This document shows, in pieces, positions 1 through 9,980 of a DNA stretch of 59,097 bases (positions are counted from its first letter, which is position 1; every line of letters starts with the position of its first letter). The translations under genes were made by a program, and so were the position numbers. Location of the stretch: positions 1 to 59,097 of IMG/VR virus record IMGVR_UViG_3300025767_000018. The stretch is one strand, 5' to 3'. This DNA is from a virus (taxonomy: Duplodnaviria; Caudoviricetes). Under the pieces are notes generated by a model. The model had not been told where the DNA came from, did no database searches, and saw only the letters and a list, made by a program, of their open reading frames with translations.

Positions 1-229
1 TGCCAACTTCTGTCCAAGAATGTATCCAGTAGTCTGGAAACTTAACATTAAATAAAGAATACTGTTGTATCAAGTCTAGCTGTTTTAAGTTTCCAGAGCC
101 GCCTCTAGCAAACGAAAGCACCAGATAATGGTCATTTTGTAACCGGCCTTCGATACTGTCGTCCATCCGTAACCCCGACTTTGTTAACGACCTCCAATCA
201 AGCCAACTGTCGCCACTAAGCCATATCAT
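1..229 (-). CDS. Partial (runs off window) SGNH/GDSL hydrolase-like protein
   Basis: Hand translation MIWLSGDSWLDW...SFARGGSGNLKQ...; GDSW block-I-like and GGSGN block-II-like motifs; ATG overlaps upstream TGA. Confidence 0.5.
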   Translation of the reverse strand, partial: MIWLSGDSWLDWRSLTKSGLRMDDSIEGRLQNDHYLVLSFARGGSGNLKQLDLIQQYSLFNVKFPDYWIHSWTEVG

Positions 230-342
230 ATGTGTTCGCTTCCCCATTTAATAGTTTCAATAAACAATTTCTTATTGTTAATATTAGTTTGTTGCAATCT
301 TTTTTTTCTGTAATCTATATGTTTAGTGGGATTAAATTTCAT
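226..342 (-). CDS. Small basic hypothetical protein (38 aa)
   Basis: Hand translation MKFNPTKHIDYRKKRLQQ...WGSEHI; fills the gap exactly, starting next to the upstream stop with an ATGA overlap into the next gene. Confidence 0.4.
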   Translation of the reverse strand: MKFNPTKHIDYRKKRLQQTNINNKKLFIETIKWGSEHI

Positions 343-343
343 T

Positions 344-1408
344 TTAAGTAAACTGCTCTGCAAAAGGATCAAACTCGGATCCGCACTTCATAGCACATAC
401 CTTTAGTTTTCCATCGCCGCAGCTTGGTTTATTCCAGCTGTCTTGTATTCTGTCAAATGCACCTGTAGCAAATACTTTCTCTAAGCCGTTACGTGCATTA
501 AGGGCGTCTTTATCGATAAAGTCCCATATCTGTTCTACTTTGGGATCTTTGTGCCACCATTTATACATACGGCCAGCAGTCCAACAACACGGCATTGCTA
601 GGCCCTCTGCTGTAATAAACAAACTATTATCTTTCTTTACTTTACAAATGATAGGAGCTGCATCATAGTAAGCATCCATAGTGCCGTACTTGTTAATAAT
701 TACTTCTTGCTTGCTAAGTGCTTTGTTAACATACTTTGCATTTGGTTTTTTAATTTCAGTTGTATTGTTGCCTTTTTTATCGCGGGCTTGATGAGATTCT
801 TTCTTCTTAGAATCCTGCGTAATAAAGCGTCCAGTTTTTTTCTTCATAAACTTTTCACAACCCCACTTATTAGCAAGTGCTTCTGCTTCTTCTACTTGAT
901 GTTGGTTGTGTTCAAATATTAAAAAGTCCCAACGTGCTCTGCCTCCGGCATTAATAAACGCTTGCATGTTACGCTCTACGTTGTCCCAGTTTACTCCTTG
1001 ACGATAAAGATGATTAGTATCACGCAACCCGTCTACGCTGAATATAACTGCACCCTTTTTATTAATAACATCTGCAAGCTCTGACCACCAAGCAACACTC
1101 TTTGCGCCGGCATTGGTGTTCATACTTAACCACATTGTAGGGTTATGCTCTCTAAAGTATTTGAATATTTCCAATGTATCTCGTGCTACAATAGGATCAC
1201 CTAGGTTACCGCACATAAACATTGTGTCTAACTGTGCAATAAACTCTGGGAGGAATATTTTTTTACAATCTTCTAAACTAAGTTCATCTAAATTAATGTG
1301 AGGATTAATACCTTTACCATTCATATTGCGATCGCACATAGGACAACTAGCTTGACAGTTTTGTGTTACTTCAAGATGAATTGATCTTATATCAGCATAG
1401 TTATACAT
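344..1408 (-). CDS. Radical SAM enzyme with C-terminal SPASM/twitch-like Cys domain
   Basis: CQASCPMC (CX3CX2C), GNLGDP, TNAG, FSVDG; C-terminal ICKV...MPCCW...VCAMKC; start moved to MYNYAD (1408), which overlaps the upstream stop. Confidence 0.9.
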   Translation of the reverse strand: MYNYADIRSIHLEVTQNCQASCPMCDRNMNGKGINPHINLDELSLEDCKKIFLPEFIAQLDTMFMCGNLGDPIVARDTLEIFKYFREHNPTMWLSMNTNAGAKSVAWWSELADVINKKGAVIFSVDGLRDTNHLYRQGVNWDNVERNMQAFINAGGRARWDFLIFEHNQHQVEEAEALANKWGCEKFMKKKTGRFITQDSKKKESHQARDKKGNNTTEIKKPNAKYVNKALSKQEVIINKYGTMDAYYDAAPIICKVKKDNSLFITAEGLAMPCCWTAGRMYKWWHKDPKVEQIWDFIDKDALNARNGLEKVFATGAFDRIQDSWNKPSCGDGKLKVCAMKCGSEFDPFAEQFT

Positions 1409-2057
1409 ATCTATTAAATCCCCAATAGCGTTCTTTACAAAACCAACATACTTCACAATGCTTGTCGATGTTATACACTGAATCGGTTACTATTGCTTCG
1501 CAACTTCTAGTTACAGGAAATAATGTATCCATTACTCCTAGTCGAGTATAGTGTTCAGCAACGCCGCGTTTATCTATGTTAATAAGAGGAACACGATAAT
1601 TGACTTTTTTTACAAGTTGTTTCGATCTGTCATCAGTCGGCATAGACGAAATATCGGTATACAAATGCGGAGCATCGTCTTTACTTGGGTTAGCTGTGAT
1701 GCCGCTAAAATGCAAATTAAACAGTTCTTGTTCATACAACGACTTTAAAAAGTCTTCTTGATCTAAAATATATCTACTTGCTGTAACATCTTTATATTGA
1801 TGTTTGCCAAACACTATTCCAGTTAGTTCTTCAACCTTTCTCAATACACTATCTGCATACTTTTGCTGATATAGTTTATTGTCGGCAACACCTGTTACAG
1901 GATGAATTGTTATGTCTGGGCGTTCTTCCATTACATACTTTGCTAACATATAACACACAATTGCACTATCAGCGCCACCAGATATTTTTAATCCAATATT
2001 AGTTATATTTTTAGGAAGATCAATTTCCCAGTTATCTTGCGAATTTTCAAATAACAT
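1401..2057 (-). CDS. QueC-like PP-loop ATP pyrophosphatase
   Basis: ISGGADS PP-loop; C-terminal TRSC...HCEVCWFCKER matches the QueC Zn-binding pattern. Confidence 0.7.
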   Translation of the reverse strand: MLFENSQDNWEIDLPKNITNIGLKISGGADSAIVCYMLAKYVMEERPDITIHPVTGVADNKLYQQKYADSVLRKVEELTGIVFGKHQYKDVTASRYILDQEDFLKSLYEQELFNLHFSGITANPSKDDAPHLYTDISSMPTDDRSKQLVKKVNYRVPLINIDKRGVAEHYTRLGVMDTLFPVTRSCEAIVTDSVYNIDKHCEVCWFCKERYWGFNRYV

Positions 2058-2792
2058 TTATAGCTGTTCCTTAACATAATTAAATATGTGTTCGTTTGTT
2101 AATGTGCCTATATGGGTATTATCATAAGCATAGTCTATCCGTGCAATCTCTGATATGTTATAAAAGTTTTCTTCAGATGTTATATCATACTCAATAGCGT
2201 TAATGTCGAAACTATTTAATAAATTTAAAGTATGTTGACGACACCATTTAGAATGTGTTTCTATAGGGTTAATTTCGCCTTGTATAAAGGGTCCAAAACC
2301 TTTTTGGGATGCCATGGGCTGTATCCGCATAACCGCATTGCTAGGATGTGTATACGGAAAATTTAGTCTCATATGCTTTGGCCATTGTATAACTACTGCT
2401 TTTGGTTTGTTTGATACATTATACAATAGATTAGCTATATTCATCATAATGTAATTTGCACTACCGCTACACAGGCCTAAATTGTAGGTTTTTATATTTA
2501 AATTCTTTTCTATAAGATTTGAAGCACGTTCATGTTCATGTAAGTATAGACCGTATGTATTACTACATCCAATGTGGATAATGTATTCACCATCATTGTC
2601 AAAGTCAAATTCATGTGTTCTGTATCCCATACTATTATGTTTAAATTCTATAGGATTTTCTAAAAGTTTACGATATTTCCAGGGTTTGCCCAGTATCTTT
2701 AAATTTCTGCGCCATCTCTTATGGTCATCTGGGTGCGGAAAGTTAATATCTATTTTACTGCCACCACCTAGATCAATTAAATCATACTGCAT
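2058..2792 (-). CDS. Hypothetical protein, SGNH-hydrolase-like
   Basis: IGCSNTYG and NLGLCSGSAN motifs, late DNTH resembling the DxxH block. Confidence 0.5.
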   Translation of the reverse strand: MQYDLIDLGGGSKIDINFPHPDDHKRWRRNLKILGKPWKYRKLLENPIEFKHNSMGYRTHEFDFDNDGEYIIHIGCSNTYGLYLHEHERASNLIEKNLNIKTYNLGLCSGSANYIMMNIANLLYNVSNKPKAVVIQWPKHMRLNFPYTHPSNAVMRIQPMASQKGFGPFIQGEINPIETHSKWCRQHTLNLLNSFDINAIEYDITSEENFYNISEIARIDYAYDNTHIGTLTNEHIFNYVKEQL

Positions 2793-3211
2793 TTTTCCAT
2801 ACCTCTATATGTATTGTAGCACATATTTTTAGTTTTGTCAATCTTATAATACTCATCCCCTGGATACAGCAAACTTAAATTTACAATAATATGTGAAGTT
2901 CTGTTTAGTTCGGTATATTTTCTATCTATGCATCGTCCAAAATGAAACCCACAAAAATAATATGGTCCGGTAGTATCTGGAGTTTCTTGTATCTTATTGA
3001 TTACTATATCTTTCGAAGTATCAATTTCGTCCATTATCTCTCTACCATCTGCACAATGTATAATTGCATAACTTGACCTTAAACTTTTTAAACGTAGATT
3101 TAAAAAGCTACCAAACAATTTTGCTTCTTGTTCGAGGTGCGGAAATCGTATTACATCTTCTTTTTCACAATGCTTCCAAGCATCGACTACTATAATAGTT
3201 CCTTTATTCAT
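2777..3211 (-). CDS. Hypothetical protein, possibly isochorismatase/cysteine-hydrolase-like
   Basis: N-terminal IIVVDAW and later FCGFHFGRCI resemble the Asp...Cys catalytic elements. Confidence 0.4.
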   Translation of the reverse strand: MNKGTIIVVDAWKHCEKEDVIRFPHLEQEAKLFGSFLNLRLKSLRSSYAIIHCADGREIMDEIDTSKDIVINKIQETPDTTGPYYFCGFHFGRCIDRKYTELNRTSHIIVNLSLLYPGDEYYKIDKTKNMCYNTYRGMEKCSMI

Positions 3212-4241
3212 TTATAATTCCTTGTATAACAGGCCTTAATCTTTCAGCATCGAATTCTACAAATTGTTGCCTATATACTTTTTGATTATGTTTAATTATC
3301 GGCCGCATTTTAGATCTAATGTTTGTTAATTCACAAGGTGTAAAATTTCTATAATAGTTTAAATTATCTGTAATAACTTTTATTCGATCTGATAAATTAA
3401 TATCGTTATCGTAGTCTTCGTTAAACCATTTATCAAAAGTTTTATACCCCATTTGTTTTAAAGATTTTAATGTTCCGGGATTACCTAATATCATAAATGG
3501 CATTCCTATTGCTATTGGTTTATATACTTTTTCTGAAAAGAATAAGCGAGTGTTATCAACTAACGTTTCTGTAGCAATATAGACGAAAGACCTTTTACAC
3601 TGTTTCGTAGGTACAAAGTTATTAGGGTTTATGTTAATTAAATCACTAACGTCTAATACATCAAATTTTTGATTAGGAATTTTTGAAGTTGGATTATTAC
3701 TAAAATAATTTGTTAACTCGTTTCCCTTATTGCTTATTGTATTATACCCTAAGTCAAAAAGATCATTGTTAATTAATTCTTCTATTAATTGTGCTCTATG
3801 AGGGCGAGCTACTCTAGTACAATTTATATATAATTTGTTGCTGAAATATTTACAAGGCCTATTCTGAGGATACATGCAAGCACTCCAAAAGTTATGAAAA
3901 ATAAAATGTAAATCGTTAGTAGACTGATTAGGTAATAGTTGATCACAAGTTATTACATAAATTTTCTTTTGTAAATGTTTGTTTAATAATTGTGCTGCGG
4001 TATAAACAAATTTACTTGCTTCAAATAAATCAAAAAGTACTACTCTAACATTATTGTGTTTAATAAACTCTTTATTTGTTCCGTCTATTACTAATTGCAT
4101 CCATTGGTCGATTGGTTCGTCTATTCCTGGGGAATATTCAATAGGATATATTTGTATATCATCAGATGTTTCGATCTCTGGCAGCATATCAAAAGTTGTT
4201 TTATGCCACAGTTGACTTTTATCTATAAACGCATATTTCAT
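3204..4241 (-). CDS. Glycosyltransferase, GT10 (alpha-1,3-fucosyltransferase)-like GT-B
   Basis: YIATET...FFSEKVYKPIAIGMPFMILG resembles the GT10 E..Y.TEK...A...G.P motif; RPHR motif. Confidence 0.6.
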   Translation of the reverse strand: MKYAFIDKSQLWHKTTFDMLPEIETSDDIQIYPIEYSPGIDEPIDQWMQLVIDGTNKEFIKHNNVRVVLFDLFEASKFVYTAAQLLNKHLQKKIYVITCDQLLPNQSTNDLHFIFHNFWSACMYPQNRPCKYFSNKLYINCTRVARPHRAQLIEELINNDLFDLGYNTISNKGNELTNYFSNNPTSKIPNQKFDVLDVSDLININPNNFVPTKQCKRSFVYIATETLVDNTRLFFSEKVYKPIAIGMPFMILGNPGTLKSLKQMGYKTFDKWFNEDYDNDINLSDRIKVITDNLNYYRNFTPCELTNIRSKMRPIIKHNQKVYRQQFVEFDAERLRPVIQGIINE

Positions 4242-4456
4242 TAATCATCTAAAACTAATTTGATATCTTTGCCTGGTCCTACTTTACTGGGCAGGTCACC
4301 GTGCTCATTAACATACCAATCTATTACTGCTGCATACCAATTTTGACTGTTGTGATGTGCTTGTTTATTAAATTGATAGATGTTGTTGTTTGTTGCCTGC
4401 ATTGAATTTAATGCCCTAGCACTTTCTTTTTGCATTTCTCTTAAACTAAGTTTCAT
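4241..4456 (-). CDS. Hypothetical protein (71 aa)
   Basis: ORF overlapping both neighbours in the operon. Confidence 0.65.
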   Translation of the reverse strand: MKLSLREMQKESARALNSMQATNNNIYQFNKQAHHNSQNWYAAVIDWYVNEHGDLPSKVGPGKDIKLVLDD

Positions 4457-5546
4457 ACTTTACTCCGTAGCTGTTCCATGGATCGAAGTTATATACATTA
4501 TTTATTGGCTTGCACGTTGGATGAACTAAAACATACACTAACGGGTTGCTATCAACAATCCGTCCACCAAGTTCTTTTACATAATGTTGCACTAATAGAC
4601 TGTAACTACCGTCAGTATATTCAACACCCGGTTTATAACTATCGCTACTAAACTGTATTCGATCGCCGTGGTTTAAAATTTCAATAGCCATGTTCCGTGC
4701 TTGTTGTTCTCTTGCTATCATCATTGAGTCAAACAAGTCGTATCCTAAATCTAACTTGTCTGCTAGAAAACGCAGAGCAATATTATCTCTAGGATGACAT
4801 GCGCCGCCGTCTCCCATCCCTGCTGTCATATACGCTGGACTTATAATACGCTGTGTAGATTGCGACAAAGCGCCTGTAACAACGTTTACGTTAATGTTAC
4901 CCTGTTGCACTGCTACGTCTTGTATCATGTTTACAAGGGCAATTTTAGTGCTTATAAATGTATTATAGAAAACTTTAATACACTCACATTCGTCCCAGGT
5001 GCCAATTACGTAGCGAGGATTGTTTTCCATGATTGTTTTATAAAAATCTACAAGTTGTTTTGCATCACCTGTTTCGGTTCCGTCTGCTGTGCCAATCATA
5101 ACCATTTCAGGATTGACCATATCCCAAGCTACTGTGCCCATAGCAATCAAATAAGGATTATAAACAAATCGTGTATTAGGGACAAGATCAATAAATTCTC
5201 TACGTACTGTGCCTGGTAATACTGTACTTACAAGTACAAGCATTTGAGCAGGAGTCATATGGGTGTTTGCTTCTTCAAGTACATCTTTTACAATTTTATA
5301 ATCAAAGTCCTTAGGTGGTAGATGTGACGTGGGAGACGATCCGTCATAGGCCGGGTCATGTGGTGTTGGCACTGCTATAAAGACAATATCTGCACTTTGA
5401 ACTGCTTTCTTAATTGTGGAGGACACAAATACTTTAGAGCTTTTTTTATTACTAATATCGTATCCAGTTACATTATGTCCTTTTTGTGCAATAACTTCTG
5501 CACACGGCAACCCTAATTTACCTAAGCCAATCCATGCTATATTCAT
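4446..5546 (-). CDS. ugd: UDP-glucose/GDP-mannose 6-dehydrogenase family protein
   Basis: GLGKLG Rossmann motif, IAVPTP, STVLPGT, KVFYNTF, GDGGACHPRD catalytic Cys motif, YKP. Confidence 0.9.
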   Translation of the reverse strand: MNIAWIGLGKLGLPCAEVIAQKGHNVTGYDISNKKSSKVFVSSTIKKAVQSADIVFIAVPTPHDPAYDGSSPTSHLPPKDFDYKIVKDVLEEANTHMTPAQMLVLVSTVLPGTVRREFIDLVPNTRFVYNPYLIAMGTVAWDMVNPEMVMIGTADGTETGDAKQLVDFYKTIMENNPRYVIGTWDECECIKVFYNTFISTKIALVNMIQDVAVQQGNINVNVVTGALSQSTQRIISPAYMTAGMGDGGACHPRDNIALRFLADKLDLGYDLFDSMMIAREQQARNMAIEILNHGDRIQFSSDSYKPGVEYTDGSYSLLVQHYVKELGGRIVDSNPLVYVLVHPTCKPINNVYNFDPWNSYGVKYET

Positions 5547-7057
5547 TTGATTCCAATTCTCATATATCTTGTGTACTTTTCTAAAGGCAATTCACCTTCA
5601 TATAATACTGATGTCATCGGTGACTGACTTGCAAAGTCAGTTAATCCGTCTACACAATTTACATGTTCTTCTATTTCAAAATAATTATTAGTTTGTAAAA
5701 TAACTAGTTTTCCATCTGGTATCTTAGCATACCATTCTTCAAAGTTATTTATATGCTCACAACTTGTGTTTATAATTGTGTCAGGTGTATCATCTAAAGG
5801 ACACTGTGTTCCGTCGAATTTAATCACTTCATAGACGTCATGCACATAATTAATATCCATAATGTCCTTTGTTGATGATTTAAACTTCCAGCTATCCTTA
5901 ACCCACGGTTTATTAAATGTTTCGGCAATACTTTGGCAATTAGGATCAATATCAAAGCTTCGTATCTTGTCTATTTTGATCTTACTTTCAAACAACATAG
6001 TAGCTAACGTAGCATACCATCCTGCACACAAGAAAACTGTACCTAAATCTAAATTTAATTTTGTAAGCTCTTTGACAATCCATAGTTTACTTTTTATTTG
6101 TCCTCGACTAAAACAATCGTCCCAAATTTCAGTTTCATTAACAAAAAAGTCTTTAAATGCTGCTACAAACTGTGTGTCGACATATCGATCTAGAATAGGC
6201 CAAAGTTTCCAAATATTATCTTCTAATACAAGTTTTCGCAAATCTTCGTCATCGACGAATCTAAAAATACTATGTAAGTTCTGTTCAACTACTGCTTTAC
6301 GCAACTCTTCGTATTCATCCGGCAATAGTCTAAAAATACTATGTAAGTTCTGTTCAACTACTGCTTTACGCAAATCTTCGTCATCGACTAATCTAAAAAT
6401 ACTATGTAAGTTCTGTTCAACTACTGCTTTACGCAAATCTTCATCGCCATTAGTTAATCTAAAAATACTATGTAAGTTTTTTTCAACTACTGCTTTACGC
6501 AATTCTTCATCGCCATTAGTTAACCTAAAAATACTATGTAAGTTCTGTTCTAATACTGCTTTACGCAATTCTTCAAGTTCTCCATTAACTTCGCCATCGA
6601 CTAATCTAAAAATACTGTGTAGGTTTTGTTCAACTATTGCTTTACGCAATTCTTCGTATTCATCCGGTAATAGTCTAAAAATACTGTGTAGGTTTTGTTC
6701 AACTATTGCTTTACGCAATTCTTCATGTTCATCCGGCAATAGTCTAAAAATACTGTGTAAGTTTTTTTCAACTACTGCTTTACGCAATTCTTCATGTTCA
6801 TCTGGCAATAGTCTAAACAAACTATGAATATTTTCTTCTACTATAGTTTTACGCAAATCTTCGTATTCATCTGGCAATAGTCTAAAAATACTGTGTAGGT
6901 TTTGTTCTAATACTGATTTACGAAGATCCTCATCTGCATCAATAAGCCGAAAAATACTGCTTAAATCTTTATCTATATACGATCTTCTTAAATCAGCAAG
7001 GTTACTTTCAGTAGGATATAACAATTCAAATCTGTCTAATAATTCATATGTTTTCAT
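5543..7057 (-). CDS. N-terminal tandem helical repeat protein fused to a class I SAM-dependent methyltransferase-like domain
   Basis: About 11 ELRKAVVEQNLHSIFRL repeats; C-terminal FLCAGWYA / RSFDIDP / IINTSCEH / KLVILQ Rossmann-like motifs. Confidence 0.65.
   Translation of the reverse strand: MKTYELLDRFELLYPTESNLADLRRSYIDKDLSSIFRLIDADEDLRKSVLEQNLHSIFRLLPDEYEDLRKTIVEENIHSLFRLLPDEHEELRKAVVEKNLHSIFRLLPDEHEELRKAIVEQNLHSIFRLLPDEYEELRKAIVEQNLHSIFRLVDGEVNGELEELRKAVLEQNLHSIFRLTNGDEELRKAVVEKNLHSIFRLTNGDEDLRKAVVEQNLHSIFRLVDDEDLRKAVVEQNLHSIFRLLPDEYEELRKAVVEQNLHSIFRFVDDEDLRKLVLEDNIWKLWPILDRYVDTQFVAAFKDFFVNETEIWDDCFSRGQIKSKLWIVKELTKLNLDLGTVFLCAGWYATLATMLFESKIKIDKIRSFDIDPNCQSIAETFNKPWVKDSWKFKSSTKDIMDINYVHDVYEVIKFDGTQCPLDDTPDTIINTSCEHINNFEEWYAKIPDGKLVILQTNNYFEIEEHVNCVDGLTDFASQSPMTSVLYEGELPLEKYTRYMRIGIK
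6226..6965 (-). repeat. Coding tandem repeat, about 11 units of 63-81 bp (21-27 aa)
   Basis: Repeated ctaaaaatactatgtaagttctgttcaactactgctttacgcaa core on the + strand; all unit lengths are multiples of 3. Confidence 0.95.
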
Positions 7058-7724
7058 TAAATTTTTCCTTTAACCAATCAAAATCGTTTATTTTTTTAAG
7101 TGCTTCTACATTATCTTGATTTGCTCTTCCGTAACCAGTGCCTGCTGTTGCGCCCCTAATAGCATACTCACCATGAGGACGGTCTTTCCCTACTGTCTGC
7201 CAGACACGCAGACGATTTTCAGTTTCTTCATTATTTTGCCTATCTATCACTTTGCTCGACAGTTTAGTACACTCTCTAAATGCACTGCGCCAAGTGCTAA
7301 ATTCATCAACATTAAATGCTGTAACATTACTAACTTGATCCATTGGAATAAATTTATTACTAATGCTAGTTGTCATGTCAGTAGTAGTTGTATCCATATT
7401 AACTGTTGCTAGTCTTGGAAATAACTTTACTCCGCCATTACCGTATTCTAAATCATTGATAGGATTACAACTGCGCCATACATGTACTGCATCTCTATTA
7501 TTACGAGTAGGAACATACCCAAAGTCAAAGTCATCTACAATTTGTGCATCTGCATCAATTATCCATATCATAGGAGTAAATGCCTGTTTGGCTGCTTGAA
7601 TGTGCGCCTGATGTATTCCTTTAACTCCATGCACACGAGTAGCCCACGGAACTTTTCTTTTTAACACGTTCCAGTTTGTATCTGCTTCAGCTTCGTTGTA
7701 GCTTATAAAAATTACATCATACAT
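7044..7724 (-). CDS. GT-A fold glycosyltransferase (paralog of 9051-9977)
   Basis: IIDADA DxD motif; YDVIFISYNE, RVHGV, YGNGGVKLFP and WRSAFRE shared with the paralog; start moved to MYDV. Confidence 0.75.
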   Translation of the reverse strand: MYDVIFISYNEAEADTNWNVLKRKVPWATRVHGVKGIHQAHIQAAKQAFTPMIWIIDADAQIVDDFDFGYVPTRNNRDAVHVWRSCNPINDLEYGNGGVKLFPRLATVNMDTTTTDMTTSISNKFIPMDQVSNVTAFNVDEFSTWRSAFRECTKLSSKVIDRQNNEETENRLRVWQTVGKDRPHGEYAIRGATAGTGYGRANQDNVEALKKINDFDWLKEKFNENI

Positions 7725-9063
7725 TACTATTCTCACATAATTTATAAAATTCTTTATATTCCGGAAATGTTTTTAAAAAGTTTTTATTTCTTCGCCGGTC
7801 GTATTCGTTAACAAATTGTACAAATCTAAATCTGTCTGCATCTACATTAGTATTCTTTTTAAAACGAGCAATACAATCATTATATATTCTTTCTAATTTT
7901 ATAATTTCTTCTATTTTAAATCTTTTATTTTTTTCATTTCTCATATAGGTTATTGTGGATTTTAAATATAATTCAATCATTTCTTTAGTTGCAATCTTAA
8001 TGTCAAGGAATTCTGGATGCCTAACATACGCAAAATCCATATGTATCCGATCGCCGTAGTTGCGTTTTAACTTTTCTATGTGACACACATACTTATGAAT
8101 TGTAGGAAGACTAAAAATATTAAATGCACTCATAAAACAAATGTTAATATTATTAGTATTTTCTAAAAAATATTTAATATTTTTATTAAAAACGTCCCAA
8201 TCCATTCCGTCTCTACTATACTCAGCTTGCTCGTTTACACTTTCTGCACTTGTAAATAACGAAAACGACTTAATAGATCCTGAGGCTTCTAATTTTTTTA
8301 TAGAATTAACAAAGTTCTTCCAAATTCCATCCGGCGGGCATGCATTACTGTTTATAGCAAATTCTAAATTAGGTTGTGGGTTATTAATTAAGTATTGAAT
8401 CACGCGGTTAGTATGCTTGCTTAATAAAGGTTCGCCGCCTGTGATCCTAAATACTTGCATATACTTTACAGCTTCTGGAAACCATTTCCAAAACGCTTCA
8501 ATGTATGGGTTCTCTTCTCTTTCAAGGATAGGTACTTCGGTATCTTTAATACTATTATAATGATTATTTTTTAATTTATAAGGACCGTTAGTTTTTATTT
8601 CTTCAGTCCACTTGCTACTAAATGCCGGGCCGCAATACGAACATTTAAAATTACAAACGTTAGAGAAACTAATTTCGGCATATCTTGGATATACATTTTC
8701 ATTACCAGTAGATGCTATTATTTTATCTTTATCAATAGTACTCCATTGTTCTGAACTTTTAGTAATCCTATCACTAAAATTATTAGTGTTATCTTCTATG
8801 CGCCAACAATAGTCACATTCGTCAGGACGTTTGCCTGCAAGCATTTCTTTTCGAATTTGTTTTTTAAAATTAGTATTATGTAATGCACCTGGATTAGTAG
8901 CAAGTTCATCTAATGGGATTTTATGAGCACCTACATGATGACAGCTATGTGTTATGCCAGAACCTAAGTGCGTAGTTACTTGGGTCCATTTAGCTAGACA
9001 AAATCCACACCCAACAGCATCTAATTCTTTTTTGACTTGCGGAAATGTATTTAAATCTGGCAT
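7717..9063 (-). CDS. Radical SAM enzyme with N-terminal twitch-like Cys domain
   Basis: CNFKCSYC, ITGGEPLL, INSN; N-terminal CLAKW...HSCHH...ECDYCW. Confidence 0.9.
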   Translation of the reverse strand: MPDLNTFPQVKKELDAVGCGFCLAKWTQVTTHLGSGITHSCHHVGAHKIPLDELATNPGALHNTNFKKQIRKEMLAGKRPDECDYCWRIEDNTNNFSDRITKSSEQWSTIDKDKIIASTGNENVYPRYAEISFSNVCNFKCSYCGPAFSSKWTEEIKTNGPYKLKNNHYNSIKDTEVPILEREENPYIEAFWKWFPEAVKYMQVFRITGGEPLLSKHTNRVIQYLINNPQPNLEFAINSNACPPDGIWKNFVNSIKKLEASGSIKSFSLFTSAESVNEQAEYSRDGMDWDVFNKNIKYFLENTNNINICFMSAFNIFSLPTIHKYVCHIEKLKRNYGDRIHMDFAYVRHPEFLDIKIATKEMIELYLKSTITYMRNEKNKRFKIEEIIKLERIYNDCIARFKKNTNVDADRFRFVQFVNEYDRRRNKNFLKTFPEYKEFYKLCENSNV

Positions 9064-9977
9064 TCGGGATCAATCACAAATTGTTGAGTAGGATTTCTAC
9101 TAGGATTTTGATATACTGTTTTAAAGAATTTACTTTGTTGCCGATCTAACGGAGTTGAAGCAATAGGAATATCAAGTTCATGAATAAGCGTTTCGCCTAA
9201 TCCCATAATTTCATAGGGCAGCATATCTTCAGTAATTTTACTGTATTCATTTTTCCAAAGACTATTGAGGTACTCGAAGTCTCTTACTTGTACAAAATCC
9301 CAATCAGTACACATTGTTTTATATAAGCCTTCACGGGCTCCGTAGATTGCCCAGTCACCGTTTTCTACATCTGCGCCTATCATTAACCAAATCCAAAGCC
9401 TGTGTAAGTTTTTCCAATGGCCACTAAGAAACTGATCCTTAGTAGGTTTAGCACCTTGATCAAGTGCCATTTTAACACCTTCACGGAAACCTGCTCGCCA
9501 AGCTTGATGTGGAGTTGCATTATTATGAACATCTGAATAACAACTGTTTTGCTGAATATACTTTAGATCCCAACAAAAATCTACTTGAGCTGCAACATTG
9601 TTAACATCAGCATTTTCATGTGTTTTCATTTCTAATACATATTCTTTTGGCCAACACTTTAATCCACCGTTACCGTATAGCAACCCATTAATCTCATTTT
9701 TGCCGCACCAACTAATAACACTAGTTTCTAAATTACTACCTTGTGGAATATCTATGTCTTGTTCTAAAAAACCAGGACGGATAATATTATCGCCATCGAC
9801 TGTGATAAATCGATCTGTTTCACTTAGTTTAGCACATGCTTTGTGTGCGGCATCACTACCCTCTACACCATGTACACGCTTTGCCCACGGCGCTTTAGTA
9901 AGTAAATCTGCGTAATTTTTTTCTGCGTTTGGTTCATCATAGCTTAGATAAACAATATCATAATCAATAATTTTCAT
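9051..9977 (-). CDS. GT-A fold glycosyltransferase
   Basis: TVDGDN DxD motif; YDIVYLSYDE, RVHGV, YGNGGLKCWP, WRAGFRE. Confidence 0.75.
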   Translation of the reverse strand: MKIIDYDIVYLSYDEPNAEKNYADLLTKAPWAKRVHGVEGSDAAHKACAKLSETDRFITVDGDNIIRPGFLEQDIDIPQGSNLETSVISWCGKNEINGLLYGNGGLKCWPKEYVLEMKTHENADVNNVAAQVDFCWDLKYIQQNSCYSDVHNNATPHQAWRAGFREGVKMALDQGAKPTKDQFLSGHWKNLHRLWIWLMIGADVENGDWAIYGAREGLYKTMCTDWDFVQVRDFEYLNSLWKNEYSKITEDMLPYEIMGLGETLIHELDIPIASTPLDRQQSKFFKTVYQNPSRNPTQQFVIDPECQI

Positions 9978-9980
9978 TTA

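Noticed and set aside
5862-6827. 321-aa plus-strand ORF, the 266-aa minus-strand ORF at 57150-57950 and many other short antisense ORFs
   Set aside because: Antisense shadows of repetitive or codon-biased genes (Ser-rich mirror of Glu/Asp codons), without independent signals
6226-6965. CRISPR-like repeat/spacer appearance
   Set aside because: Units are in-frame multiples of 3 inside a long ORF, variable parts are short and recur, repeats vary at synonymous positions, and no cas genes are present
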